DNA of 63,023 nucleotides, counting the filler. It is 3 parts of 3 records of this genome, joined end to end, with 100 filler letters (N's around TTAATTAATTAA, not from the genome) between each part and the next. Parts side by side here need not be neighbours in the genome. Positions count along the whole stretch, not along the records: positions 20,827 to 52,248 come from SRR20825019_245; positions 52,349 to 63,023 come from SRR20825019_272; 1 more part is not named here. One strand, 5' to 3'. Shown here piece by piece: positions 50,524 to 62,057 of this stretch (position 1 is the stretch's first letter; each line of letters opens with the position of its first letter). Position numbers and translations under genes: made by a program. The notes beneath the pieces were generated by a model. The model was given only the letters and a program-made list of their open reading frames with translations. It was not told the origin of the DNA and did no database searches.

Positions 50524-50906
50524 CGCACAACAACAAAAACAACAGTGACAACGCAGCGCCAACAACAAGAACAAAAAGCTGTAGAAGACGTTCGGTAACA
50601 AAAACAAAAACAGAACGTGAGCGAACTGAGTGTTTTGGGTACTTTGCTTTTTAGTGGTCCCACGGCACGTGCGAGTTGTAGATGTAGAGAAGAATCGTCT
50701 TCCAGGCGGCACTGCATTTACCCAATGACTTGCCCGATGTCTCTGACTGCTCTGTGTATTCAAAGCTTTCCGTTTGCACTCCTGGAATCCCTGAACTTGG
50801 GGATTGACAGTGGGGTAGAAAAACGAAGAAAAATCCCGGTAAAAACAAAAACAATGCAGATCGTCAACGCTTTCAGGGCGGGTTCGTGTAAACGAATCCG
50901 CCTTTT
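50524..50906 (+). ncRNA. crcZ: CrcZ-like Hfq/Crc-sequestering sRNA (~380 nt)
   Basis: Lies between cbrB and pcnB, behind a sigma54 promoter and UAS; starts GCACAACAACAA; about 5 AANAANAA-type clusters; ends in terminator GGCGGGTTCG-TGTAAA-CGAATCCGCC-TTTT. Confidence 0.85.
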
Positions 50907-51048
50907 GATTATCTGGCCCAACCATTTTTCAAACCGACCATTTACGCCCTTCCTTTGGTTGTTTTCACCAGCTTGTGTCGCCAAACGTGTGCAAATCCCG
51001 CCCAAACCGTTAAACTCTCGCTTTTGCTCAGCGCAATAACGGAATTCA

Positions 51049-52248
51049 ATGCTTAAACGACTATTGTCATACGTGTCAGGAAACGGGAAGAAAAAAGCCC
51101 GAACCTATCAACGTCAGGATATACCCCGGGACCAGCATAACGTCTCCCGCTCATTCATCAGCGAGCCCGCCAAGAAAGTGCTCAGCCGGCTGAACAATGC
51201 CGGTTACGAAGCGTATCTGGTAGGCGGCGGTGTTCGAGACATACTGCTTGGCGGCAAGCCCAAGGATTTTGATATCGCCACCAACGCCACGCCGGAAGAG
51301 GTGCATGACCTGTTCCGCAACTCCAGGCTGATTGGCCGGCGCTTCCGCATTGTTCACGTCCTGTTCGGCCGGGAAGTCATTGAGGTCACAACCTTTCGCG
51401 GAAATGCGGCAGAAGCGCAGGAAGATGACGACGACGATGACCGCAGAACCAGCGAGCATGGCCTGCTGCTGCGGGATAACGTCTACGGCAATCTGGAAGA
51501 AGACGCCTTGCGCAGGGACTTCACCGTGAATGCCCTCTATTACTGCATCCGCGACTTCACCGTGGTGGATTTCGCAAACGGCATTGAAGACCTGGAAAAC
51601 CGTCAGATGCGCCTGATTGGTGACCCGGAAACCCGCTACCGGGAAGACCCGGTACGTATGCTCCGCGCCGTACGCTTCGCCGCCAAGCTGGGCTTCGATA
51701 TCGAACCCGACACCGAAGCCCCGATCCGGGAACTGGCACCACTGCTCACGCACATTCCGCCAGCTCGCCTGTTCGAAGAAGTGCTTAAGCTGTTCTCCGC
51801 AGGTTTCGGTGAAGCCACTTACGACCTGCTCAGCGAATACAACCTGCTGGCGCCTTTGTTCCCGGAGACGGTGCAGGCCATCAACAACGGCGAGCCGGAT
51901 GAACTGATCCGCAAGGCCCTGCGAAATACCGATGCCCGCATCGCTCAGGGCAAGTCAGTAACGCCCTACTTCCTGTTTGCGGCCATGCTCTGGCCAGCCC
52001 TGCAGGCGGAATGGCGGAAACGCCAGGATAATGGGGAGCCGGTACAACCGGCATTGCACATGGCCATCGCCAAGGTGATCGGCCGACAGGTTCAGGCCAC
52101 CTCGATCCCCAAGCGCTTCTCCGGCCCGATGAAGGAGATCTGGGAACTGCAGATGCGCCTGCCACGTCGCCAGGGTAAGCGCGCATTCGCCACCATGTCC
52201 CATCCCCGCTTCCGGGCCGCCTATGACTTCCTGCTGGTAAGGGAAGCC
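51049..52248 (+). CDS. pcnB: Poly(A) polymerase I (3' truncated by the contig end)
   Basis: LVGGGVRD, KDFDIAT, LIGRRFRIVHV (PAP-specific), RRDFTVNALYY, EDPVRMLRA. Confidence 0.95.
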
Positions 52249-52348
52249 NNNNNNNNNNNNNNNNNNNNNNNNNNNNNNNNNNNNNNNNNNNNTTAATTAA
52301 TTAANNNNNNNNNNNNNNNNNNNNNNNNNNNNNNNNNNNNNNNNNNNN
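52249..52348. other. Artificial contig-joining spacer
   Basis: N44-TTAATTAATTAA-N44. Confidence 0.98.
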
Positions 52349-54548
52349 GCAGCGCGCCGAGATGGTGCAGCGCGGCCATAACTACGCGATTGTCGACGAA
52401 GTTGACTCCATTCTGATCGATGAGGCGCGTACGCCGCTGATCATTTCCGGGCCGCTAGATGACCGTTCCGACCTCTATGTCGCGATGGACAAGGTTATTC
52501 CGCTTCTGGATGAAGACGACTACGAACTGGATGAAAAGCAGCGCTCCGCGAACTTTTCCGAAAAGGGAATGGAAAAGCTGGAGCAGATGCTGACCGAATC
52601 AGGGCAGATGAAGGGTGAATCGCTTTACGATATCGAGAACGTCGCGCTGGTTCATCATCTGAACAACGCATTGAAAGCGCATAAACTCTTTACCCGTGAC
52701 AAAGATTACATTGTGCGCAATGACGAAGTTGTCATCATTGATGAATTTACCGGACGTATGATGCCGGGGCGGCGTTATTCCGAAGGGCAGCATCAGGCTC
52801 TGGAAGCCAAGGAAAACGTCAAGATCCAGCCTGAAAACCAGACGTTGGCGTCCATCACCTTCCAGAACTATTTCCGTATGTATGGCAAGCTCGCCGGTAT
52901 GACCGGGACGGCTTCGACGGAAGCAGAAGAGTTTGGCAATATTTACGGCCTGGACGTGGTTGAAGTGCCAACCAATCTGCCTATTGCACGTCTGGATGAA
53001 GACGATGAAGTCTATCTGACCGTGCAGGAAAAGTATCTGGCGATTGTCGAAGAGATCAAGATCGCCAAGGAAAAGGGGCAGCCGGTTCTCGTCGGCACCA
53101 CCTCGATTGAAAAATCCGAGCTTCTGGCGGCTGCGCTGACGCGCGATGGCATCACCGATTTCAAGATCCTGAATGCTCGCTATCACGAGCAGGAAGCCTT
53201 CATCATTTCACAGGCCGGTGTGCCAAGTGCCCTGACGATTGCGACCAATATGGCCGGTCGCGGTACCGACATTCAGCTCGGTGGCAATCTCGAAATGCGT
53301 ATTCAGGCCGAGCTGGGCTATCTTGAGCCGGGGACAGAAATTGTTGCCAACGAGAAAGGCGAACGTGTCGAAGTCGAACGCAAGTTCACGCCGCCGGGCC
53401 CGGAACGTGACGCCAGGGAAAAAGCCATTCGCGAAGATGTGGCGCGTCTGAAAGAGCAGGCATTGGCCGCTGGCGGTCTGTATGTGATCGCGACCGAGCG
53501 CCACGAAAGCCGCCGCATCGACAATCAGTTGCGTGGCCGTTCGGGCCGTCAGGGCGACCCGGGGCGTTCGAAATTCTATCTATCGCTGCAGGACGATCTG
53601 ATGCGCATCTTCGGTTCCGACCGGATGGAAAGCATGTTGCAGAAGCTTGGCCTGAAAGAAGGCGAGGCGATCGTTCACCCATGGATCAACAAGGCGCTGG
53701 AACGGGCGCAAAAGAAGGTTGAGGCCCGCAACTTCGATATCCGTAAGAACCTTCTGAAGTATGATGATGTGCTGAATGATCAGCGTAAGGTCGTCTTTGA
53801 TCAGCGCAAGGAGCTGATGGATTCTGAGGATATCTCGGATCTTGTTGCCGATATGCGCAGTGATGTGATCGAAAATATCGTCAAGCGTCGCATTCCCGAG
53901 CGTGCCTATGCCGAGCAGTGGGATGTTGACGGGCTGAAGGAAGATTGCCGCCAGCTTCTCAATCTCGACCTGCCGATTGAAGAATGGGCTGCCGAAGATG
54001 GCATCGCCGAGCCGGAAATTGAACAGCGTATCTCAGAAGCGGCTGACAAGGCTGCGGAAGAGCGTGCTCAGCAAGCCGCGCAGTTTGGCCCCGATGTCAT
54101 GAAATATGTTGAGCGCCAACTGGTTATGCAGTCGCTTGATAATCTGTGGCGCGAGCATATTGTCAACCTTGATCATCTCCGTTCGGTTGTCGGGTTCCGT
54201 GGCTATGCCCAGCGTGATCCATTGCAGGAATACAAGGCCGAGGCCTTTGAGCTTTTCCAGCATCTTCTGAGTAATATGCGTGAAATGGCGATTTCGCAGC
54301 TTTCCCGTGTTCATCTGGTTCGTGAAAACCAGCCGCAACCTCAACCCGCTGTTGACCCTTCACAGTTAAAGGCGAGCCACATCAACCCGGAAACCGGGGA
54401 AAATGAAATGGATGAGGCCGCACCGCAACCCGCGACGGCGGCCGATCTGGCGGCGCTTCCGGAAGAGTGGAAAAATACCGGGCGCAACGAGCTTTGCCCA
54501 TGTGGTTCCGGCAAGAAATTCAAGCATTGTCACGGCCGGCTTGCCTGA
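52349..54548 (+). CDS. secA: Preprotein translocase SecA (5' truncated)
   Basis: [48 protein letters not shown] motif [19 protein letters not shown]. Confidence 0.98.
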
Positions 54549-54574
54549 TCGTATCTTTTGATATGATGGAATTC

Positions 54575-54601
54575 AAAACGGCGCCCGGTGAGGCGCCGTT
54601 T
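54575..54601. terminator. Bidirectional intrinsic terminator
   Basis: AAAACGGCGCC-CGGTGA-GGCGCCGTTT between convergent genes. Confidence 0.8.
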
Positions 54602-54620
54602 CCCGTTTCAGCCTGTTATG

Positions 54621-56312
54621 TTACCGCACCGGGCGCAGAACGACGGCTTCCCAAGGCAGAAGCGTGAGTTCTGGACCGGGAATGGTTGTATCGCGCCGCT
54701 GGTCATTGCTTATGAGAACCTCAGACCCTTCTACAACCTCTTCATCCCACATCACCGGCTCTCCTGAAAAGTTGATGACAGTGATCAGACGGTTATCGCC
54801 AAGCATGCGTTCAAAGGCGAATATCTGCTCGTCTTCTGGCGCAATATCCCGGTAGCTGCCATAAACGAGGGCAGGGGTTTTGTGACGCAGTGCGATCAGC
54901 TTGCGATAATGGTGGTAAATTGAGTTTTCATTGCTGCATTCGGCTTCTGCGTTGATATCGGGATAGTTCGGGTTGACCGCAAGCCACGGCTCTTCGGCGG
55001 TCGTGAAGCCGGCATTGGCGCTGTCATCCCACTGCATCGGTGTGCGGGCATGATCACGACTGTTCCTGTTAAGATTTTCGAGAAGTTCCCCGGCGCTGAC
55101 CTTGCCGGTTTCCACATGGTCTTTTCTGAGGCCACGCACTTCGATGTCGTCGAATTCATCAAGGCTGGTGAACGGAAAGTTCGTCATGCCCAGTTCCTCC
55201 CCCTGATAGATGAAGGGGGTGCCGCGCATGGTCAGCATCATGGTCGCAAGCGCCTTGGCGGAAAGAGTGCGAAATGTCGGACTGGCATCGCCAAAGTGGT
55301 TCACAGCGCGTGGCTGATCGTGATTGCCGAGGAAAACAGTGTTCCAGCCCGTCATGCCGACGGCTTTGTCGAGGCGGTCAAAAGTCGCCTTCAGGTCGGT
55401 GAGCTTGCGTTCCTTCCAGCGCCACCCATCGCGGTCGAGCATGACAACGGCGAAATTGAAGATCATGTTGAGTTCGTTGCGGGCCTCGTCGACGAAAAGC
55501 GGGGTCTCGGCATCGGAAACACCGGCGGCTTCGCCCACCGTCATGCAATCGTATTGGGAAAGGACTTCGCGGTTCATCTCCTGCAGATACTCATGCAGAC
55601 GTGGCCCGGAGGCATAAACCCGTCCCGGATCTTTCATTTGCTCGTCGGTAAGATCGGGAAATTCGAAATCCTTTGAGATGAAGGGGATCACATCCATACG
55701 GAACCCCGAGACGCCCTTGTCGAGCCAGAAACGCATCAGGTCGTAGACTTCCGCGCGCACATCTTCATTATCCCAGTTCAGGTCGGGTTGCTTTTTCGCA
55801 AAGTAATGCAGGTAATAGTCGCCGGTTTCCTCGTCTTTTTCCCATGCTGACCCACCGAAGTAGGAGACGAAATTATTGGGAACGCCTTTGGCTCCGTCGC
55901 GCCAGATATAATAGTCCCGTTTCGGGTTGTCGCGTGAGGACCGGCTTTCCACGAACCATTCATGCTCGTCACTGGAGTGGTTCACCACGAGATCAATGAT
56001 CAGCCGCATACCACGCTGTTTGATCCCGGCAAGCAGGCGATCGAAATCGGCCATCGTCCCGAACTCGGCCATCACCTTGCGATAATCCCGGATGTCGTAA
56101 CCGTTATCGGCGTTCGGACTGTCAAAGTGTGGCGAAAGCCAGATCACGTCAATGCCGAGATCGGCGATATAGTCTAGCTTTTCGATGATGCCGGGAATGT
56201 CACCGATGCCGTCTCCATTGGAATCTGCGAAAGATCGTGGATAGATTTGATAGGCGACGGCTTCCTTCCACCAGCATTGCAACTGGCCGGTCTCTTGAGC
56301 GGTTTCCGGCAT
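54621..56312 (-). CDS. GH13 alpha-glucosidase (oligo-1,6-glucosidase / sucrose-isomerase-related)
   Basis: WWKEAVAYQIYPRSF, DLVVNH, QPDLNW, GFRMDV, VGEA, NHDQPR; start at MPETAQ after CAGGAG. Confidence 0.92.
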   Translation of the reverse strand: MPETAQETGQLQCWWKEAVAYQIYPRSFADSNGDGIGDIPGIIEKLDYIADLGIDVIWLSPHFDSPNADNGYDIRDYRKVMAEFGTMADFDRLLAGIKQRGMRLIIDLVVNHSSDEHEWFVESRSSRDNPKRDYYIWRDGAKGVPNNFVSYFGGSAWEKDEETGDYYLHYFAKKQPDLNWDNEDVRAEVYDLMRFWLDKGVSGFRMDVIPFISKDFEFPDLTDEQMKDPGRVYASGPRLHEYLQEMNREVLSQYDCMTVGEAAGVSDAETPLFVDEARNELNMIFNFAVVMLDRDGWRWKERKLTDLKATFDRLDKAVGMTGWNTVFLGNHDQPRAVNHFGDASPTFRTLSAKALATMMLTMRGTPFIYQGEELGMTNFPFTSLDEFDDIEVRGLRKDHVETGKVSAGELLENLNRNSRDHARTPMQWDDSANAGFTTAEEPWLAVNPNYPDINAEAECSNENSIYHHYRKLIALRHKTPALVYGSYRDIAPEDEQIFAFERMLGDNRLITVINFSGEPVMWDEEVVEGSEVLISNDQRRDTTIPGPELTLLPWEAVVLRPVR

Positions 56313-56509
56313 ATCGGTACTCCTGTCGGGTTTTGAAGAATCGCTAAAAAGCCGAATATCCTTGCGCGTAGGGGCGGGCAAGTAACATCGCTGAAAAGGG
56401 TATTTCATTCATGTGCTCTTGGGTGCCGTCCTCAACGTGCCGGTTTTATCTTATCACGCTTGCGGGTTTGCGGCTTGCCAGTATTTGCGGCTTCGGGTAG
56501 AAGAAACGC

Positions 56510-56554
56510 ATGATCAGAATTAAGAACATTGCAAAGTGGTGGTGGGTTCGCTAA
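56510..56554 (+). CDS. trpL: trp leader peptide (14 aa), probably leaderless
   Basis: MIRIKNIAKWWWVR; TTGCCA-N17-TAGAAG ends 6 nt before the ATG and there is no RBS. Confidence 0.93.
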   Translation: MIRIKNIAKWWWVR

Positions 56555-56621
56555 CGGCGGCCGCGATCACGTATGTTTTTCTGATCCTATGAAGCCGCCC
56601 GAAGTCTGAGGCGGCTTTTTT
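56510..56621 (+). promoter_or_regulatory. trp transcription attenuator (rnTrpL-like)
   Basis: Three Trp codons; antiterminator GGCGGC (56556-61) competes for GCCGCC; terminator AAGCCGCC...GGCGGCTTTTTT at 56592-56621. Confidence 0.9.
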
Positions 56622-56718
56622 GTTATGAGGGCCGCCTGATTTCAGGGCAAGGAAACCAAAGGCGCAAGACCGCTTCAGAAATCGGGCTTGCATATGACGA
56701 CGGTGGAGCAGAGTTCAA

Positions 56719-58926
56719 ATGAGCCTTCATGAACGGTCCGGGGACGGGGAGCAGTATAAAACCAGAGGCGGTATCGCAATCACGCGAACGCGACGTTATG
56801 TGCCCTATGACGATTCCGTTTCCAGCTACATTGACCGGCTGGACGAACGCCGCGGTGCGGTTTTTTCTTCCAACTATGAGTATCCGGGCCGCTATACGCG
56901 CTGGGACACGGCGGTCATTGATCCGCCAGTGGGTATTTCATGTCATGGCCGGACCATGTGGCTGGAAGCGTTCAACGAGCGCGGTGAGGTTCTGCTATCG
57001 TTCATTCTGCCGGTTCTGGAAAATCTGGAAGAGGTCTCAATCGTTGCGAAGACGGCAGACCGCATCGATCTCAAGGTTGACGAGCCGCACCGTCAGTTCA
57101 CCGAAGAGGAGCGATCCAAGGCTCCGACGGTTTTCACGGTTCTGCGCGCTATTGTCGATCTGTTTTACTCCGACGTCGATGCCAGTCTCGGGCTTTACGG
57201 TGCGTTCGGTTACGATCTTGCCTTCCAGTTTGATGCGGTGAACCTGAAGCTGAAGCGTCCTGACGATCAGCGCGACATGCTGCTTTACCTGCCGGACGAA
57301 GTGCTGATGGTTGACAACCATGCTGCTGAAGCCTGGATTGACCGCTATGATTTCGCTCGTGATGGTCTAACGACTGAAGGCAAGGCGGGAGATATTGCGC
57401 CTGAACCGTTCAAGGCGTCTGACCGCGTGCCGCCGAAGAGTGATCACAAGCCCGGTGAATATGCCGAACTGGTGATGAAAGCCAAGGAAAGCTTTGTACG
57501 GGGGGATCTCTTTGAAGCCGTGCCGGGCCAGAAATTCATGGAGCGGTGCGCGACGAAGCCGTCGGCGATTTCCAAACGGTTGAAAGCGACCAATCCGTCG
57601 CCTTATTCCTTCTTCATCAATCTGGGCAATCAGGAATATCTGATTGGCGCATCGCCGGAAATGTTCGTCCGCGTGACCGGGCGCAGGGTCGAGACCTGTC
57701 CGATTTCCGGAACGATCAAGCGTGGTGAAGATCCGATTGCAGACAGCGAGCAGATTCTCAAACTGCTGAACTCGCAAAAGGATGAGTCCGAACTGACGAT
57801 GTGTTCCGATGTCGACCGCAATGACAAGAGCCGGGTCTGCGAGCCGGGGTCGGTCAAGGTCATTGGCCGCCGGCAGATCGAGATGTATTCGCGCCTGATC
57901 CATACCGTTGATCATATCGAAGGCCGTCTTCGCCCGGATATGGATGCTTTCGATGCGTTTTTGAGCCATGCCTGGGCTGTGACTGTCACCGGGGCGCCGA
58001 AGCTCTGGGCGATGCGTTTTATCGAGAATCATGAAAAAAGCCCACGGGCCTGGTATGGTGGTGCTATTGGCATGATCGGCTTCAACGGTGATATGAATAC
58101 CGGGCTGACGCTCAGAACGATCCGCGTGAAGGAGGGCGTTGCCGAGGTGCGCGCCGGAGCCACGCTGCTTTATGATTCAAACCCGCAGGAAGAAGAGGCG
58201 GAAACAGAATTGAAAGCTTCAGCCATGCTGGCGGCAATCCGCGAGGCGGATGCGGCAAAACTTCAGCCTGCGGCACGCCAGGTCTCCCGGCTCGGTGCCG
58301 GGGTAAAAATCCTGCTGGTCGATCACGAGGACAGTTTCGTGCACACGCTGGCGAATTATTTCCGCCAGACAGGTGCGGAGGTTGCAACCGTGCGTTCGCC
58401 GGTGTCGGATGAAACCTTTAAACGGGTATCACCTGATCTCGTCGTGCTTTCGCCGGGGCCGGGTATGCCGAAGGATTTTGATTGCAAGACAACCATTCAG
58501 CAGGCACGCAAACGCGGGTTGCCGATTTTCGGCGTCTGCCTTGGCCTTCAGGCACTGGCGGAAGCCTATGGCGGCACGCTCAGGCAACTGGCGGTTCCGA
58601 TGCATGGCAAGCCTTCGCGCATCCGCATTCTGGAGCATGGTCGCCTGTTTGACGGACTGCCGCAGGAGATCACTGTTGGCCGGTATCATTCGATCTTTGC
58701 CGATGCTGTGGAACTGCCATCGGAGTTTATGATTTCTGCCGAGACTGATGACGGGATCGTCATGGGGATCGAGCATGTCAGCGAGCCGGTCGGCGCGGTC
58801 CAGTTTCATCCCGAATCGATTATGACGCTTGGCGGTGATGCCGGTATGCGGATTATCGAAAATGTGATTGGCAAACTTATCGGCTCCGGTGATGCCCCTG
58901 CTGCGGGCAAACGGGCGGCAGGGTAA
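56719..58926 (+). CDS. trpE: Anthranilate synthase, fused TrpE(G)
   Basis: [20 protein letters not shown], followed by a glutamine amidotransferase domain (DHEDSF, LSPGPG, GVCLGLQ, QFHPES). Confidence 0.96.
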   Translation: MSLHERSGDGEQYKTRGGIAITRTRRYVPYDDSVSSYIDRLDERRGAVFSSNYEYPGRYTRWDTAVIDPPVGISCHGRTMWLEAFNERGEVLLSFILPVLENLEEVSIVAKTADRIDLKVDEPHRQFTEEERSKAPTVFTVLRAIVDLFYSDVDASLGLYGAFGYDLAFQFDAVNLKLKRPDDQRDMLLYLPDEVLMVDNHAAEAWIDRYDFARDGLTTEGKAGDIAPEPFKASDRVPPKSDHKPGEYAELVMKAKESFVRGDLFEAVPGQKFMERCATKPSAISKRLKATNPSPYSFFINLGNQEYLIGASPEMFVRVTGRRVETCPISGTIKRGEDPIADSEQILKLLNSQKDESELTMCSDVDRNDKSRVCEPGSVKVIGRRQIEMYSRLIHTVDHIEGRLRPDMDAFDAFLSHAWAVTVTGAPKLWAMRFIENHEKSPRAWYGGAIGMIGFNGDMNTGLTLRTIRVKEGVAEVRAGATLLYDSNPQEEEAETELKASAMLAAIREADAAKLQPAARQVSRLGAGVKILLVDHEDSFVHTLANYFRQTGAEVATVRSPVSDETFKRVSPDLVVLSPGPGMPKDFDCKTTIQQARKRGLPIFGVCLGLQALAEAYGGTLRQLAVPMHGKPSRIRILEHGRLFDGLPQEITVGRYHSIFADAVELPSEFMISAETDDGIVMGIEHVSEPVGAVQFHPESIMTLGGDAGMRIIENVIGKLIGSGDAPAAGKRAAG

Positions 58927-59040
58927 GTTATACTGTCTTGCTCGCGTTGCATCTGTGGCGTAGCAAACCGTCAAATGATTCTGCGTGCCGGTTCGACGGG
59001 TCGGCACGCCTGCCCGGCAGGGATGAGGACGGAGGCCTGA

Positions 59041-59961
59041 ATGAGCGGTGGTCATAGCCACGGACATGGAAACGCAATGCCGAGGCGGCTTGCGTTTTAT
59101 ACCATTCCGCTTTCATTACTTGTTCTGGCGATCAAACTGGCGGCCTGGTATGTCACCGGCTCGGTGGCACTATTGTCGGATGCGCTGGAATCAATCGTCA
59201 ACGTGGTCGCCTCTGTCGGTGCGTTCATTGCGATTGTCTATGCTTCAAAACCAGCAGATCATGATCATCAATTCGGGCACCACAAGGCTGAATATCTCTC
59301 CGCGGTGATCGAGGGCGTTGCGATTATTGTTGCAGCTCTCCTGATTTTCCGTGAAGCCTTTGCTGAGCTTTTTCATCCGAAAATGCCGAACGATATTTTC
59401 ATCGGTCTTGGCGTGAACGTCGTTGCCAGTCTGATCAATGGTGTCTGGGCCTATACGTTGATCCGTGCGGGGCGGGCCGCCCGTTCGCCGGCGCTGGTGG
59501 CCGATGGCCAGCACATTCGAACCGATGTTGTGACGTCCATCGGTGTTGTGGTTGGACTTGGCATCGCGCTTGCGACCGGATATCCGATTTTCGATCCGTT
59601 GCTGGCGCTTCTGGTCGCGGCTCATATTCTGTATGCGGGCTGGCAGCTGATTGCTGAATCGGTCGGCGGGCTGATGGATACGGCACTGGCAAAGGATGAA
59701 GAAGAAACAATCCGGCAGGCGATCGTTGAAAATGCCAGCGGATTGTCCGGTGTCCATGATCTCAAAACCCGCCGCGCCGGGTCGGCGGCCTTCATCGATT
59801 TTCATCTTGTGGTTCCCCCGGATATGTCCGTTGGCGAAGCGCATGATATCTGTGACCGGCTGGAAGTGGCGATCAAGCAGGCGATCCCCGGATCAACGCT
59901 TGCCATTCATGTCGAGCCGGAAGGTGTGAAGCCGCATGGTGTGCGGGTGAGCATTGACTAG
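59041..59961 (+). CDS. Cation diffusion facilitator (FieF/YiiP-like) metal exporter
   Basis: SDALESIVN, PADHDHQFGHHKAEY, HIRTD, IHVEP; His-rich N-terminus. Confidence 0.9.
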   Translation: MSGGHSHGHGNAMPRRLAFYTIPLSLLVLAIKLAAWYVTGSVALLSDALESIVNVVASVGAFIAIVYASKPADHDHQFGHHKAEYLSAVIEGVAIIVAALLIFREAFAELFHPKMPNDIFIGLGVNVVASLINGVWAYTLIRAGRAARSPALVADGQHIRTDVVTSIGVVVGLGIALATGYPIFDPLLALLVAAHILYAGWQLIAESVGGLMDTALAKDEEETIRQAIVENASGLSGVHDLKTRRAGSAAFIDFHLVVPPDMSVGEAHDICDRLEVAIKQAIPGSTLAIHVEPEGVKPHGVRVSID

Positions 59962-60101
59962 GTGCCCGCTTTCAGGACTTTTCATTTCCCTTCGGCGGCC
60001 GCGAAGAAAATACAATCGTGTCGGGTTTCACCTCGGACATTGTCTTGCGACGCTAATACCATTAAGTCGGGTATTATGACGTTTGATTCCTGGAGAAGCT
60101 G

Positions 60102-60683
60102 ATGAGCGACGAAGACGACGACAAGAAAACGGAAATGCCGCTGGGCAAGGAGGCTGAGACAAGCCTTTTCAAATCGCGCTCGATCTTCATTTACGGGCCG
60201 ATCACACAGGAGCTGGCGCAGCGCGTATGCTCGCAGCTTGTCGCGATGGCGGCCGTTAGCGACGACGATATCCGCGTGTTTGTGAACTCGCCGGGCGGAC
60301 ATGTTGAATCCGGTGATTCCATCCATGACATGATCAAGTTCATCAAGCCGAATGTGGTGATGATCGGTTCAGGTTGGGTTGCCTCCGCCGGGGCGTTAAT
60401 CTTCGCCGCTGCGGACAAGGAGCGGCGCCTTTGCCTGCCGAACACGCGGTTCCTGCTGCATCAACCCTCCGGTGGCACACGCGGCCCGGCATCTGATATC
60501 GAGATTCAGGCACGCGAGATCATCAAGATGAACGAGCGCCTGATCAAGATATTTGCCGATGCAACAGGTCAGACACATGAAAAGATCGCTGCCGATATTG
60601 AACGCGATTACTGGCTGTCCGCCGAAGAAGCGATTGAATACGGGCTGGTTTCACGCAAGGTAACATCGCACAGCGATATCTGA
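60102..60683 (+). CDS. clpP: ATP-dependent Clp protease proteolytic subunit (stand-alone paralog)
   Basis: NSPGG, VASAG (catalytic Ser), [15 protein letters not shown]. Confidence 0.92.
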   Translation: MSDEDDDKKTEMPLGKEAETSLFKSRSIFIYGPITQELAQRVCSQLVAMAAVSDDDIRVFVNSPGGHVESGDSIHDMIKFIKPNVVMIGSGWVASAGALIFAAADKERRLCLPNTRFLLHQPSGGTRGPASDIEIQAREIIKMNERLIKIFADATGQTHEKIAADIERDYWLSAEEAIEYGLVSRKVTSHSDI

Positions 60684-60708
60684 TTGCTCATCGGACCAGA
60701 ACAGATAA

Positions 60709-60742
60709 GCCGGACAGAGCCCTTGCTCTGCCCGGCCTTTTT
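60709..60742 (+). terminator. Intrinsic terminator after clpP
   Basis: GCCGGACAGAGC-CCTT-GCTCTGCCCGGC-CTTTTT. Confidence 0.8.
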
Positions 60743-60800
60743 GTGCTTGCAGTTGTCTTCTGTGCGCTGAAAACAACCAATACAGAGGACACAGAGGGGA

Positions 60801-61994
60801 ATGCTGAAAGAATTTTCGCTGCAAAGCCTTTTCATGGGCTTGCTTGTGGCTTTTGTCGGCTTTGCCAGTTCGTTTTCCGTGGTCCTCCAGGGGTTGGAAG
60901 GCGTTGGTGCGACACCGGCACAAGCGGCGTCCGGCCTTATGGCGCTTTCGCTGGCGATGGGGTTTGCGGGAATTGTTATATCGGCAGCCACGCATATGCC
61001 TGTTTCGATAGCCTGGTCGACGCCCGGCGCCGCGCTTCTGGCAACTGCGGGTGTGCAGGGTGTTGGCTTTTCCGATGCTGTCGGCGCTTTTATCATCGCC
61101 AATACCCTGATTATCGCCGCAGGCCTGATGCGCCCGGTCGGACGCGCCATCTCATCAATCCCTGCGCCATTGGCCAATGCGATGCTGGCCGGCGTTCTGA
61201 TGGGACTTTGTTTCGCACCGGTTAAGGCTGTGGCCTTCGATCCACTGCTGGGACTTCCGATTGTCATCGCCTGGGCTGTGGTTGGCGCTTTCAACCGTCT
61301 GCTGGCGGTTCCTGCCGCGCTTGTGGCTTTTGTCCTTGTTTTGATCTTCGGTATCGATATTGCGCCGGAAGCCTGGTCTGGTCTGGCCGGTTCGGTTGTC
61401 CCGCGTCTGGAGTGGGTTGCGCCGCACTTCACCGTGCAGGCGGCGGTCTCGATTGCCCTGCCGCTTTTTATCGTCACCATGGCGTCTCAGAATATTCCCG
61501 GTATTGCCATCCTCAATATCAACGAGTACCGGCCCAATGCCGGAAGGATGTTCTCGCTGACGGGATTGTTTTCACTGCCAGCCGCCTTTTTCGGCGGTCA
61601 TGGAGTTAATCTTGCTGCGATTACAGCGGCGATGTGCGCAGGTGCCGATGCCCATAGCAACCCGAAACGGCGATACTGGGCGGCGATTGTCGCCGGTATC
61701 GGCTATGTGTTTTTGGGGCTTTTGAGCGGCCTTGTCGTCGCGCTGGTGTCGCTGGCGCCATCGGTTCTGATCGAGGCGGTCGCCGGGCTGGCGCTGATCG
61801 GTGCTTTCACCGGCTCTGCCATGGCCGCGTTCAAGGATTCAAACACGCGCGAGGCTGCGGCGGCAACCTTTCTGGTTTCAGCCTCCGGGGTGTCTTTTTT
61901 CGGTGTTTCCGGCGCTTTTTGGGGGCTTCTGTCAGGACTTGCGATCTTTGGCTTTCAGCGGGCCTGTACCCGAAGATCTACATCCGGGAAATAA
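60801..61994 (+). CDS. benE: BenE family benzoate/H+ symporter
   Basis: AWSTPGAAL, MASQNIPG, NLAAITAAMC, GAFWGL. Confidence 0.9.
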   Translation: MLKEFSLQSLFMGLLVAFVGFASSFSVVLQGLEGVGATPAQAASGLMALSLAMGFAGIVISAATHMPVSIAWSTPGAALLATAGVQGVGFSDAVGAFIIANTLIIAAGLMRPVGRAISSIPAPLANAMLAGVLMGLCFAPVKAVAFDPLLGLPIVIAWAVVGAFNRLLAVPAALVAFVLVLIFGIDIAPEAWSGLAGSVVPRLEWVAPHFTVQAAVSIALPLFIVTMASQNIPGIAILNINEYRPNAGRMFSLTGLFSLPAAFFGGHGVNLAAITAAMCAGADAHSNPKRRYWAAIVAGIGYVFLGLLSGLVVALVSLAPSVLIEAVAGLALIGAFTGSAMAAFKDSNTREAAAATFLVSASGVSFFGVSGAFWGLLSGLAIFGFQRACTRRSTSGK

Positions 61995-62057
61995 TCGAAT
62001 TCAGCCGCCGGTGATTTGTTGTTGATTCATACGCTGAATGGCTTTAAAGCGAATGCC

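Noticed and set aside
50476-51039. ORFs of 67-149 aa between cbrB and pcnB
   Set aside because: Low-complexity translations of the CrcZ-like RNA region; the sRNA model fits the promoter, motifs and terminator better.
58983-59021. GC hairpins upstream of the CDF gene as a metal riboswitch
   Set aside because: Only simple stems (GCGTGCCG...CGGCACGC); no NiCo or yybP consensus recognised; may just be the trpE(G) 3' structure.
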